A DNA stretch of 52,270 nt, from the IMG/VR virus record IMGVR_UViG_3300027246_000005, positions 1 through 52,270 of that record, one strand, 5' to 3'. Below the pieces are notes generated by a model. That model searched no databases. It was given only the letters and a program-made list of their open reading frames with translations, and was not told the origin of the DNA. Each line of letters opens with the position of its first letter. Positions within the stretch are counted from its first letter, which is position 1. The position numbers were made by a program, and so were the translations under genes. Below, one piece after another: positions 1 to 9,933 of this stretch. This stretch comes from a virus (lineage: Duplodnaviria; Caudoviricetes).

Positions 1-2157
1 TCCGTTTGACACAAAGTAATTTATTTTAAATGATGATGTTAAGTCGGTTCCGATTCTAGTCGAATCCCATGTAATTCCATATCCATCATCCCATACTTGC
101 GTTTTAAGATTTTTCCAAACAAAAGGTCCAGTAGTTTCAGCAAATCCAGTAGATGTAGTTAGATCTAAATATCTTGAAACGGTAGAGAAATTTAATCCAT
201 CTAAAGTATCATGTGGGTAATTGGCGCGGTCAAAAGTAAGGTACCAAGATCCGATTAGTTCTTGTATGTCGTTGTAACTATCTTGAGGCTCATCATAATA
301 TCCACCAGATTTATTCCATGCTAAATCATGTAGATTCCATTGGTCTGTTTCTGGTTTAAATGAATAGAATCCGTAAAGTTCAACTGCTTTATTATGTACT
401 ACAATATCAGTTTTTCTTCTGTAAGAACGTGTATTGTATAAATCATATAAATTTAAAACAATATCATATGTTCCGGTATTTGGAAGAACTAGCAACATTT
501 TTTTATAATCATCTACAAGACCTCTGCTAATATATGAATATCCTCTAGGACCATTAATTACCCATTCAGCTTCATATACGTCTTTTTTCCAAAGAGTATT
601 CCAAGTGTATAGAGATGAAGCTATTCCAGTATAATCATTTGCCGCAAAATCAACATCGTTCCATGTAAATGCGCAATCATTCCAATCATCTGTCAATGTA
701 TTACATTCTAACACAACTGGACATCCGATCGGAACGTTAGACAAGGTTGTAAATGTATTTAATTCTTGATCGTGATATGTCTCATAAAAGTCCTCAACTT
801 CAGTAATTACAGCAGCTTGCCCACTTATTGGAAATCCAGCAGTATTGTCTGCTAAATCTTGACTTACTAAACGTAAATCTTCAATGTATAACCTTCTTTC
901 TGGAAATACTGTAAAATCTACTTTGGTTCCAGAATTTTGAACTTGAATAAGGTGTTGGTCGTTCCAGACGTTTTGACTAAATTGAGTAAAGAAGTCTCCT
1001 TCTCCAGTAATATCGACAATTTTTGACTGTAAAGGTAAATAGTCTTTTTGTAATCTTCTTTTAAGTCCGTATAATTTTACTAAGATTTCTTCTGGTGTAA
1101 AGTCAAAAGACTCTTTAACGGTAGGAATATCCCACTCATCAACACCGCCATCTGGTTCGTTTAATTTATAAACTAACGAGAATCTTGAAGTTTTCTTTAA
1201 ATTAGAATTAGGTAATTCAATCGCATCGTTTTTCTTTACTAAATATCCAGATGCATTAGGATCTGCTACCGCAACTGCCCTTAGTTTACCAAAACCAGCA
1301 GATTGTTCATCAATATTTAACCAATATTCTTTAAGTTTAATATTATTATACCCGAAGAATTTGATCGCATTGATAATAGCCTTATAAGTACCGATAAACG
1401 GTTTGATATTGTGACCTTCTAATAAAAGTTCTTTTCTCTTTTCATTTAATAAGAGGTGATCGACTTTAAGTTCGTTAACATCGCTAGATTTAAAAATTAG
1501 GAAATCTTCTTCATGGAAGGACATTCCTAAGTTATTTAAAAGTATTGTTAATCTCTCGTCTTCTCCTTCAGTCTCTCCGTATATTTTAATAGTTGCTATT
1601 CGATGAGAGTTTTTTCCATCTGCTCCAACTTCGTAAATATTTAAAAGTTTGATATGGATTTTCTCCTCTTCTGACATCAGGGCAATTCTACAATGTAGTG
1701 CTTCTGGTGAAACATTACTAGGAATTACCTTATAAATATTACCAGTATTCGGATTGGCTTCAGTCGTATTATAGTTTACGTATGTAAAGGTTCCAGTGCT
1801 AGTAGAATAGGCTTGCATTTCCTCTGTTTGAGAAGTTGCTTGATTTATAATAAAGTTACCATTCGAATCTAAAGCAGTGTTGTATAAAAATATATCGCCT
1901 TTGTAACTTTCGTTATCTTCAAATTCAAATTTTATCTTTCTTGAAGTTGCATTTTCTGAAATAGGTAAAACATATTCAGATCCTCCTAATTGTTTATAAA
2001 CTTCTTCAAGAATAAAAAGATTAACAGTCTCATACAAACCAACAGAAACTTTTGGAGCATATATGATTCCGTCCCACGACTCGGATACTGAATCATAATT
2101 AAAATTTAATTCATGTGATGCACCATTAAAAAATCTGAGATTTGAATATTTTCCCAT
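1..2157 (-). CDS. Large virion structural protein, probable baseplate wedge subunit (partial; runs off the window start)
   Basis: Not in the ORF track because it has no stop inside the window. ATG at 2157 (MGKYSNLRFFNG...) reads open to base 1. Contains GTYKAIINAIKFFGY, resembling baseplate wedge (gp7/P2-I-like) motifs, and lies downstream of the gp6-like gene. Confidence 0.6.
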   Translation of the reverse strand, partial: MGKYSNLRFFNGASHELNFNYDSVSESWDGIIYAPKVSVGLYETVNLFILEEVYKQLGGSEYVLPISENATSRKIKFEFEDNESYKGDIFLYNTALDSNGNFIINQATSQTEEMQAYSTSTGTFTYVNYNTTEANPNTGNIYKVIPSNVSPEALHCRIALMSEEEKIHIKLLNIYEVGADGKNSHRIATIKIYGETEGEDERLTILLNNLGMSFHEEDFLIFKSSDVNELKVDHLLLNEKRKELLLEGHNIKPFIGTYKAIINAIKFFGYNNIKLKEYWLNIDEQSAGFGKLRAVAVADPNASGYLVKKNDAIELPNSNLKKTSRFSLVYKLNEPDGGVDEWDIPTVKESFDFTPEEILVKLYGLKRRLQKDYLPLQSKIVDITGEGDFFTQFSQNVWNDQHLIQVQNSGTKVDFTVFPERRLYIEDLRLVSQDLADNTAGFPISGQAAVITEVEDFYETYHDQELNTFTTLSNVPIGCPVVLECNTLTDDWNDCAFTWNDVDFAANDYTGIASSLYTWNTLWKKDVYEAEWVINGPRGYSYISRGLVDDYKKMLLVLPNTGTYDIVLNLYDLYNTRSYRRKTDIVVHNKAVELYGFYSFKPETDQWNLHDLAWNKSGGYYDEPQDSYNDIQELIGSWYLTFDRANYPHDTLDGLNFSTVSRYLDLTTSTGFAETTGPFVWKNLKTQVWDDGYGITWDSTRIGTDLTSSFKINYFVSNG

Positions 2158-2160
2158 TTG

Positions 2161-2445
2161 TTATCTTATTTTAGTATAATTTTTACTAACAGTGTAGTTC
2201 TTATATATTTTTAGATGCGTTACAGCATCTACATATTTAACGATAACGTCTTGTAGTAATATAATAAAATCGCCAATATACTCATTTCTTAATAGAGCAT
2301 TTGATAGCGATTTTGTAAGTATGCTTGTTCTAAAGTCATGGCCTAGGTTTTTTCTATTATCAGCGGTTTGAACTTGAAAGTCATAAATACTTTCATAACC
2401 TGCTGAAAATAAACCGTCAAATAAATTTATTTGTTCTTTAGCCAT
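2161..2445 (-). CDS. Hypothetical protein in baseplate operon
   Basis: 94 aa ORF tightly coupled to both neighbours (1-nt overlap with 2445..4265). Confidence 0.6.
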   Translation of the reverse strand: MAKEQINLFDGLFSAGYESIYDFQVQTADNRKNLGHDFRTSILTKSLSNALLRNEYIGDFIILLQDVIVKYVDAVTHLKIYKNYTVSKNYTKIR

Positions 2446-4265
2446 TACATTGATTTTCTATTTTGAGTTTGTATCGTAGAGTATATTGTGTTCTGAACCG
2501 GTGGTTCATCAAAATAAACTGATAGTGCCGCCATTTCTCCAGTTCTTGCATCATCCGGTACCACGATTCCAGTTTGATCTTTCCAACCACCTCTAAACAT
2601 TGCAACTTCTTGTTTGCCAAGAATAATATCTCCAAAAGAATCTAATCCTATTACTGATTCAGGAAGCGGAGCTCCTGGAGCAAAATTAACATTTGCAGTC
2701 GTTGTAGTTCTTTTAAAGAATACAAATTTCTGTTTTCCATTTCCAATAGTTTCTAAAGTCGGAGTAGAAGGAGTTACTGTTGTAGTTGTTGATGTGTAAT
2801 ATCCATTTTTTCTAGCGGTTTCTTCAGTTTCCGAAACGAATCTAATATTTACTGAATCGACTCCATCAACGCCTTCAATAATCGCAATCAAATCTGATTT
2901 TGGTAAACGATCTCTTCTTGTAATATTCATTAGATAATCAGAAACTTTTGCTCTAATCTCGGTAAAAATATTTGTTTTTGAATATCCTTCGAAATATCTG
3001 ATCTTAATATCCATTCTATAATACTTAGCAATTGGCTCCACGATTTGAACTTCCGTTGTAACCATCTGCTGGCCAGAATTTTCTAGCAAACCAAGTATTC
3101 CATTCTTCTCATCTGAAGAAAAGAAGAACTCATTAATATCTAGACTAAAATAATCTTTATTTTTTGTTAATTTCTTTTTAGTATTTGGCAGCATAAATAA
3201 GTAAATAATATTGTCATCATCTAAATAACCATCATCAGTTGTATTATAGGCATCAAGGTATGAAAATAAACCGTATCTTGATAGGAAATATTCATAATTG
3301 TCAGGGTGAGCCAACACAAAAGATTTACTAGCGAGTGGTGCAATTAATTTAGTTGTCTTGATAGTTTCTGGGTAAGCTCCCATTTTAGGCGCTAAACTGC
3401 ATTCAAGCTCTAATATTTTATTTAGGTCATATGTCTGACCAGTTGAATCTGTTCCTTCTGATTGAAATTTAAAAGTAAGGTCTTTTGCGTCAATGAGATT
3501 TCCTGCTTCTCCACCATGCACGATATATTCTATTATTATTGAAGCTCCTGAAGATGGCATCATTCCAAAACTACCATTTCCAAAATACAAATCTAAACCT
3601 CCACTAATACCTGTTTTTATAAGGTAACCTTTGGTGGTTGGCATCATATCATATAAAGTTTCGTGTCTTGTCCATAATTCACCATTAACCGATACTCTTG
3701 TAGCGTAATGGTCTGTGTAACCCTTAGTATTAATATTAAAAGATTGTAGAGCCCCTCCGGTAGCTGTTAATGTTTGAGATTCGTGTGAACCTTGTATAAT
3801 TGGAATCCTAATATAATTAAAATTAGATTTCTCAATTCTAAATTGATCGTTATTTGTTCTTAAAATATATTCTAATCCGTTTCCGTTTGCTTTAATAACC
3901 GAATTTGCTGAAATATTAATGGCATCTCCTGCAATTTCAGAATTTGCTGAAGTATTTAATCTAATGCGAATTTCTCCAATTGCTGAAGAACCTCTAAATG
4001 CATCATGTCCCGTTAATCTAGCAAGACCATAAATAGATTCTGGCTGTTGCGCGGTTATGATATTTTGTTCAACCGTAGAGTCTTCAATGTAGAAGAATAT
4101 CAATTCTGATAATTCCGTCAATACGGTTATGATTTGAAAAAACGGAGAAGCCGGCGTAAATACTTCACCTAATCTTGAGTAGAGTCTACCCATATAGGTT
4201 TTAGTATCGACTAGTAATTCGCTAGCTTGGATTCTGGTTTTTTGTAAAAAGGTTAAATTTGTCAT
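2445..4265 (-). CDS. Baseplate wedge protein (T4 gp6 / baseplate J-like)
   Basis: 606 aa; N-terminal TAQQPESIYGLARLTGH, central LYFGNGSFGMMPSSGASIIIEY and C-terminal DLIAIIEGVDGVDSV are typical of gp6/J-like proteins; follows a gp25-like gene. Confidence 0.75.
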   Translation of the reverse strand: MTNLTFLQKTRIQASELLVDTKTYMGRLYSRLGEVFTPASPFFQIITVLTELSELIFFYIEDSTVEQNIITAQQPESIYGLARLTGHDAFRGSSAIGEIRIRLNTSANSEIAGDAINISANSVIKANGNGLEYILRTNNDQFRIEKSNFNYIRIPIIQGSHESQTLTATGGALQSFNINTKGYTDHYATRVSVNGELWTRHETLYDMMPTTKGYLIKTGISGGLDLYFGNGSFGMMPSSGASIIIEYIVHGGEAGNLIDAKDLTFKFQSEGTDSTGQTYDLNKILELECSLAPKMGAYPETIKTTKLIAPLASKSFVLAHPDNYEYFLSRYGLFSYLDAYNTTDDGYLDDDNIIYLFMLPNTKKKLTKNKDYFSLDINEFFFSSDEKNGILGLLENSGQQMVTTEVQIVEPIAKYYRMDIKIRYFEGYSKTNIFTEIRAKVSDYLMNITRRDRLPKSDLIAIIEGVDGVDSVNIRFVSETEETARKNGYYTSTTTTVTPSTPTLETIGNGKQKFVFFKRTTTTANVNFAPGAPLPESVIGLDSFGDIILGKQEVAMFRGGWKDQTGIVVPDDARTGEMAALSVYFDEPPVQNTIYSTIQTQNRKSM

Positions 4266-4277
4266 CTTATACTATGT

Positions 4278-4637
4278 TTATATTGCAACTTGAACTGTTT
4301 CTCTGCCACCATCAATATTAATATTAATGAATATCGCATCTCTATCGTTCGAGGATGTATCAAATTCAACATCAACTGTTACATTCATTATCCTCGCTAG
4401 TGGCACATAACGTCCTAGTTGTTCTTCGATTTCGTTTTTTATTTGAATGTCATTATAACTAAGACCGTAAACTAAATCTTCAAGATTACATCCAAGTCCA
4501 GGTTCTCCTAATACTTCTCCTCTTCTTGTAAAAAGAATAACGTCAATTTGAGCCAACAGAGTCGCAATTCTGCTATCAGACTGCAATTTTGTTGGGTCAT
4601 AGTTTGGGTCTCCGTTAGTCTTAATATACAATTCCAT
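4278..4637 (-). CDS. Baseplate gp25/GPW-like protein
   Basis: 119 aa with ILFTRRGEVLGEPGLGCNLEDLVY, the gp25/TssE-family signature. Confidence 0.8.
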   Translation of the reverse strand: MELYIKTNGDPNYDPTKLQSDSRIATLLAQIDVILFTRRGEVLGEPGLGCNLEDLVYGLSYNDIQIKNEIEEQLGRYVPLARIMNVTVDVEFDTSSNDRDAIFININIDGGRETVQVAI

Positions 4638-4655
4638 TTAGTATTTATCGTGTTT

Positions 4656-5489
4656 TTATGAGTGCATCATCCAGTCAACTCCTTCGTCGCCTTTGATTTC
4701 TTCAATTACTGCTTCTAATTCTGATTCTCCTAAAGATTGAATTGCGTCTGCGTTTATTTGAATATTTCCTGGAAGATTAAAATTAAAGATTCCCATTTTG
4801 CTTCCTAATGAGATTTTAATCTTAGCTGCACAGTATCTAAAGAATGCCTCATCGTCAAACAATGCACATTGTGGCACTGTTTCGTAGCATTCGATAATAG
4901 TATCTTTTATAGGAACTTCGCCAGTGAATCTAAGTTCGTGTGTTAATTGACTATAATGAAATCCAGTTGGATTGTCTAGAATGCTTCTAGTTAAATCGAA
5001 GTAACTTTCATTAATTACATAATATTGTAGGTTCTCAGCACCAGAAACCGTTCCACTACCTCCATATAAACCACCATATAACATTTTTTCCATAGCAAAA
5101 TCTCCAGTTGTAAATGTTACTGAAGTACCAGCTCCGAATCTAGATCCAGTAGGATATACTCCATAAACTGAAAATATCTCTCCACCACCAGATGTTATAT
5201 CTTCTTTTGGAAGGGTAATACTTCTTGTTCTTTTAAAGTATGGGGTTTGAAATACAGAAACTGGAATTCCTATGAAAGTCGTTCTCACAGAATATTCGTA
5301 ATTCTTATAAAACCATTTCTTGGCTCTTTCCACTATATTTTGAACTTCTTTTCTCGGTAAGTTCATTGGAATCATACAAGACCCACTAATATCGTCTGCT
5401 AACAGATTGATAAAATTAGTATAACATGTACTTGACCATGAAGGTGGTGTAGTAAGTCCTGAATCGGTACCTTGATAAATATCACTCAT
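4656..5489 (-). CDS. Neck/head-completion protein (T4 gp13-like)
   Basis: 277 aa; C-terminal FNLPGNIQINADAIQSLGESELE resembles the gp13 LPGG-x-ING motif; structural gene context. Confidence 0.6.
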   Translation of the reverse strand: MSDIYQGTDSGLTTPPSWSSTCYTNFINLLADDISGSCMIPMNLPRKEVQNIVERAKKWFYKNYEYSVRTTFIGIPVSVFQTPYFKRTRSITLPKEDITSGGGEIFSVYGVYPTGSRFGAGTSVTFTTGDFAMEKMLYGGLYGGSGTVSGAENLQYYVINESYFDLTRSILDNPTGFHYSQLTHELRFTGEVPIKDTIIECYETVPQCALFDDEAFFRYCAAKIKISLGSKMGIFNFNLPGNIQINADAIQSLGESELEAVIEEIKGDEGVDWMMHS

Positions 5490-5497
5490 CTTTTAAA

Positions 5498-6790
5498 TTA
5501 TATTTTTGTTGAATCAATAATTTCAGTATCTTTAAAAATAGCTTCTTTAGTATACTTTCCTTCTCTAAAGATTCCATTATTCATTCTACCACTGTATACT
5601 CCATCGATTCCATGAACGTAACAGTTTGTTGAAACACAGCTTTTGTTAACATAGCATGAACCTATTTTAGAACCGTTTACTTGAGTTCCTTGATATAAAT
5701 TACATGATAATAAATTTGCTGATTTTACATCTGACTGGAATATGTCGCATTGTGTAAGTTCTCCCATTATATTACATTTTATAAACTCGTAGTTCATAAT
5801 ATCGAAACAATAGGGTAGGTTACCGCCTTCAACCTGGATTCTTCCAGTATCGGAATCATAGTTAATATGTCCCTTATCTAATTGGCCATTGGTGAACAAG
5901 TGGACAACACGGTCTTTAATTTGAGGCCAGTAGATGTCAATAATATTCGGATCGTCATTTAAATCGATCTGTAAAGTAATATCTTTCCAGCCTTTATTGA
6001 TGTTTCTCCAATCAAGTCTAGAGTTGATAATTTTTTTATTGTTCGTTAAGATTCTTTTTAGTTCAAGTTTATTATTACTAGAGAATCCTTCGCTTGTCGA
6101 AGTGTTCCATAATTGTAATAGGAATGAATCTAATAAATTTAAGATTTTTGATTGTTTTTTATGCCAATCTTCTCCTCCTAAATATCTAAACTCTAAATAA
6201 TTCTTTGGTAATTTTTCAAAGTTTACACCGTAATACTTTGATTGAGGGAATATAAAATTAGTTTGATTAATATGGTTTCCGTCGTAGATATATGTTTCAG
6301 TTCTAGGCAAAATAAATTTAATTGACTTTGCGTACGCTGAATCTTTTCTCATTGGAAAAGCTTTCCAAACCTGCTCCTCCTTAAAATCTAAAATAAATTT
6401 AAGAGGACTCATTCTGGAAATTTGGTATTTGTTTCCAGTTAATTTAGGATCAAAACTTAAGTTAAGATGGATCGATGAACGGTCAGAAGTATAACCATTT
6501 TTATTAATCCAATCACATACTTTAATTATAATCATTCTAGCCTCTGAATAAGGCAAGGCGCCAGTAACTAATTCCATTAGTCCGGCGCCTCCACTCATAT
6601 CAGGTTCTATCTTAAACTCCTTTTGATTTGGAGCAAATTCACTATGATGTTTCTTCTCGATTCTAATCTTCTTGCCTAGAACCTCAGCTAATTGCTTAGT
6701 TGTTTCTTCTAGACTTACATTTGCATAGAATTCGAATTCTACTCCTACGAGACCTTTTTGAAGAATCTCTGAATCACTTAGGTTAATCAT
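5498..6790 (-). CDS. Putative amidoligase (Amidoligase_2-like COOH-NH2 ligase) with a repetitive beta-rich C-terminal tail
   Basis: Motifs GVEFEF, EPDMS...ELVT, SSIHLNLS and KYYGVN...YLEFR match the glutamine-synthetase-fold amidoligases common in phages. Confidence 0.7.
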   Translation of the reverse strand: MINLSDSEILQKGLVGVEFEFYANVSLEETTKQLAEVLGKKIRIEKKHHSEFAPNQKEFKIEPDMSGGAGLMELVTGALPYSEARMIIIKVCDWINKNGYTSDRSSIHLNLSFDPKLTGNKYQISRMSPLKFILDFKEEQVWKAFPMRKDSAYAKSIKFILPRTETYIYDGNHINQTNFIFPQSKYYGVNFEKLPKNYLEFRYLGGEDWHKKQSKILNLLDSFLLQLWNTSTSEGFSSNNKLELKRILTNNKKIINSRLDWRNINKGWKDITLQIDLNDDPNIIDIYWPQIKDRVVHLFTNGQLDKGHINYDSDTGRIQVEGGNLPYCFDIMNYEFIKCNIMGELTQCDIFQSDVKSANLLSCNLYQGTQVNGSKIGSCYVNKSCVSTNCYVHGIDGVYSGRMNNGIFREGKYTKEAIFKDTEIIDSTKI

Positions 6791-6837
6791 TTACTGGATT
6801 TATATAGTTATGTTCACTATATATATCCTGTTAAGAT

Positions 6838-8055
6838 TTAAACTAACTTTAGAAATACCTTCCTCGTTTCTTCTTCGATTCTAGTAATCACTACAGTTAT
6901 TGGATCTCCCTTTTTAATATCTTGAATATTAATTCCTTCTAATTCGCTAGAATGTAAAAGTCCAGTAATTCCTTCCTCGATTTCAATAAATAAACCGTAA
7001 TCTTTAATAGATCTAACAGTTCCTTGAACTTCTTGAGGTACAGTATATCTACTAGATGCTCCACTCCACGGATTAACATTAGAATCAGTTTTCTGAGTCA
7101 ATGTTATTTTTGTAGTTGATATAATATCTTTAACAAAGAATGTAACTGGAGTTCCTGGATTTAAATTACCCTTAGCATAAAGTTCTGCTGTTTCGGTAGA
7201 TAAATCATTGATGTGAATCATACCAGTTAAGCAACCATTAAATTCAACAAATACTCCGTATTTAGTCGAACCAGTTACATAACCTTCTTGTTCCTTCTCC
7301 ATATTTGCTCTAAGTTCTTCAATATGTTGAGGAATCATTGCTTGTAAATATGCGCGATGTGAAACTACAATTGTACCTTTTTCTGGCGAGAATGAAACTG
7401 GAACAACATACATGTCCGTTCCGATTATAGATTCAAAGTTAGCTAGTTTATTAATACCTGCTAAAGATCCTGGCATGAAACATTCGATACCCTGTACTGT
7501 TACCATGTAACCTCCACCTGGAATCATTTTATCGATCCTTCCAGCGTATGCTGTGCTTTTGGTTTCAGCAGCTGCCATTAAATCATTAATGATTGCTTGT
7601 TTAGTTCCTTCAGTTACAGAACCAAGGCAGAATCCTTTGCTTGAACTATCATCGATAATTTTAACAGTAAATTCTTTATCTTTTTGAATCAACTCTTTAA
7701 AAGCAGGAGATTCTCGATCTAGATCGATGTAGATTAATTCTCTGTGACCAACATCAATAGTTGCCCATCTTGAATCCATTGAATATATTTTACCAACTAA
7801 GTGGTCGCCATTCGCAACTTTAGATATAAATTTCTCTAATGAGCCTTCATACATGTGATACATTTGCTGAGCATCTTTTGCTAAAGAATAAACTTTAACA
7901 CCATGTGGTACTTTAACGTGTGGATTTCCTTTTCTCATTCGGCTAGGACAGCCTTCGGTGTGTGCATCCCAATCGAAATCTTCTAATCCTTGGGTCGGCA
8001 ACTCTTTTGTTGTTTTTTGGATTAGGTCTTGTTTTTGTACTAATTCTTGTAGCAT
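6838..8055 (-). CDS. rpsA: Ribosomal protein S1-like protein (about four S1/OB domains)
   Basis: Repeated S1 motifs: GGYMVTVQGIECFMPGS, KYGVFVEFNGCLTGMIHINDL, DYGLFIEIEEGITGLLHSSEL. At 405 aa it is shorter than the usual six-domain S1. Confidence 0.8.
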   Translation of the reverse strand: MLQELVQKQDLIQKTTKELPTQGLEDFDWDAHTEGCPSRMRKGNPHVKVPHGVKVYSLAKDAQQMYHMYEGSLEKFISKVANGDHLVGKIYSMDSRWATIDVGHRELIYIDLDRESPAFKELIQKDKEFTVKIIDDSSSKGFCLGSVTEGTKQAIINDLMAAAETKSTAYAGRIDKMIPGGGYMVTVQGIECFMPGSLAGINKLANFESIIGTDMYVVPVSFSPEKGTIVVSHRAYLQAMIPQHIEELRANMEKEQEGYVTGSTKYGVFVEFNGCLTGMIHINDLSTETAELYAKGNLNPGTPVTFFVKDIISTTKITLTQKTDSNVNPWSGASSRYTVPQEVQGTVRSIKDYGLFIEIEEGITGLLHSSELEGINIQDIKKGDPITVVITRIEEETRKVFLKLV

Positions 8056-8099
8056 TTGTTTGTTTAAATTAAAAGTGAATTATGAGTTATATATCGAAT

Positions 8100-9902
8100 T
8101 TAAAAAGCAGTTGGCACGAAACCAATCATCGGAACAGGACCACCTGGCGTCGGTATCTGTCCCATGTATATGAATTTTAATTGTAAGATGTGTTTTGCAC
8201 AAGCTGCTGCAACTGCTGCTGCAACTGCTTTGGTTGCTGGTTGTAATAGTGGCTCAACTTTTGCTAATTTACCAGTATTCCATGCTCTTCTAAGATCCTT
8301 TGCTAAAGCCTTTTTACTTCCATAATATAGAGGTATATAAGTACCTGGTGTAGGAATCAAGCATGGTGGAACCGGAGGAGCAGATTTAAATGGTGCAACG
8401 GCGCAACTCATCCAATAATTAATTATTGCGCTTGCCATAGTATCGTAAGGATCATCCTTTCCATCTTCTGGATCGGCATCCTTCTTTTCGGAAACTGCAA
8501 GTTCATCAATCCATTGTTTTTGCAGAGCATGATACTTATCTCGATCTACCTTATAGAGTTTCCTTTTTGCTTCAATTCTATCATTCTCATTAGGTGTCGT
8601 TGCTTTATCATGCGTATTTTGGGTAACATCATCGATACCTTTTACATAACATAGTTTACAAATAAGAAAATCCGTCAACCAAGTTGGCCATACTTCTTTG
8701 TCATCTAAATGTTCTAATTGAATAATTTTTTTATTTAGAGGATTCTTTAAAGTAGTTTTAAGATTTGAATTCACGCGAAGATATTCAGCGTCTGATTCTG
8801 ATTGTATGATAGCGTCTTTTTTTGATAAAAAAGAAACTAATGAAGTTTCAAGAGCATATCTTTCATTAGCAATTAATAATTCGTATTCTTTATTAATAGA
8901 GTATGCTGTCTGTAGAGTAGGCACCTTAGACTTGGTATTATAAATATTAGTATATTTTGTAGTGATCTGACTTACTATAGTTTTTCTATCAGTAACACCA
9001 AGTATTCTAGCACATTCGTCTCCTACCTTTTTACCGTATTCTTTTTCGTATCCTAATGAAAATCTAGTCAAAAATCTTACAAATTTAATATTGCCGTCAT
9101 TTTGGTATAAAACTCTTTTAACAATCAATTCAAGTTTCTCATCTTCTGTTAAAACTAATTTTGGCTTTACAGCTCCATTAATAACTTCAGGTGGTTTAGT
9201 TGCATCTGTTGGAATATTAATTTCAACAGTTTGATTTAATTTATGTTGAGTATCTGGAAATGCAGAATCAACTACATTTATTAAAGTATATTTTAATTTT
9301 CCGGGAACGTCAGAAGGAACATACATTTTTACAAATCCAAATTCGTCAGAAGTAAGTTGAACCGGTTCTCCATCGTTTAAAGTATATGTAAATATGTAAG
9401 GCGCTACACCGCTTTTACCGGTGAAAGTTAAGATTGGTTGATCTTTTTCTATTGCTGCTCCGAAAATGTCAGCACTTGTTAATTCAGGTGGTGTTCCAAT
9501 TGGTTTTGCTGGTTCTGGTTTAGGGGGAAAGAATTCATAGAAGTTAGTGTCTGGTAATTTATCACCCTTACTAACAACCCATTTTCTAAATTCAGCTGCT
9601 GCATCGTATTTCTTTGGAATTGGTAGTCCTTCTAATAAGTCAGCATAATTCCCATCTTTAATCTTATCTTCTAATGTAGGAGCTAAGGATTTAAATAAAT
9701 CATTGAATGCTTTTTTGAATCCAATTTCTAATATCGTCTTTTGTCCAGAACTATGAAGATTTCCAAATGGGGTTTGTGCGGTTTTGACTGCATTAAAATA
9801 TTCGTTTGCCACAAACGTACCAAAGTCATCTGCTCCTTTAGAAGATCGACTTGCTAGTTTTGATGATACGTTATTTATAAATAGTGGCCACTGTGCAGGC
9901 AT
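8100..9902 (-). CDS. Hypothetical virion-associated protein
   Basis: 600 aa ORF immediately downstream of the gp5-like spike; Pro-rich C-terminus; internal Ig-like-looking segment (SGVAPYIFTYTLN). Confidence 0.55.
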   Translation of the reverse strand: MPAQWPLFINNVSSKLASRSSKGADDFGTFVANEYFNAVKTAQTPFGNLHSSGQKTILEIGFKKAFNDLFKSLAPTLEDKIKDGNYADLLEGLPIPKKYDAAAEFRKWVVSKGDKLPDTNFYEFFPPKPEPAKPIGTPPELTSADIFGAAIEKDQPILTFTGKSGVAPYIFTYTLNDGEPVQLTSDEFGFVKMYVPSDVPGKLKYTLINVVDSAFPDTQHKLNQTVEINIPTDATKPPEVINGAVKPKLVLTEDEKLELIVKRVLYQNDGNIKFVRFLTRFSLGYEKEYGKKVGDECARILGVTDRKTIVSQITTKYTNIYNTKSKVPTLQTAYSINKEYELLIANERYALETSLVSFLSKKDAIIQSESDAEYLRVNSNLKTTLKNPLNKKIIQLEHLDDKEVWPTWLTDFLICKLCYVKGIDDVTQNTHDKATTPNENDRIEAKRKLYKVDRDKYHALQKQWIDELAVSEKKDADPEDGKDDPYDTMASAIINYWMSCAVAPFKSAPPVPPCLIPTPGTYIPLYYGSKKALAKDLRRAWNTGKLAKVEPLLQPATKAVAAAVAAACAKHILQLKFIYMGQIPTPGGPVPMIGFVPTAF

Positions 9903-9933
9903 AATGTTATATTTTATAAGATATTTATCCTAA

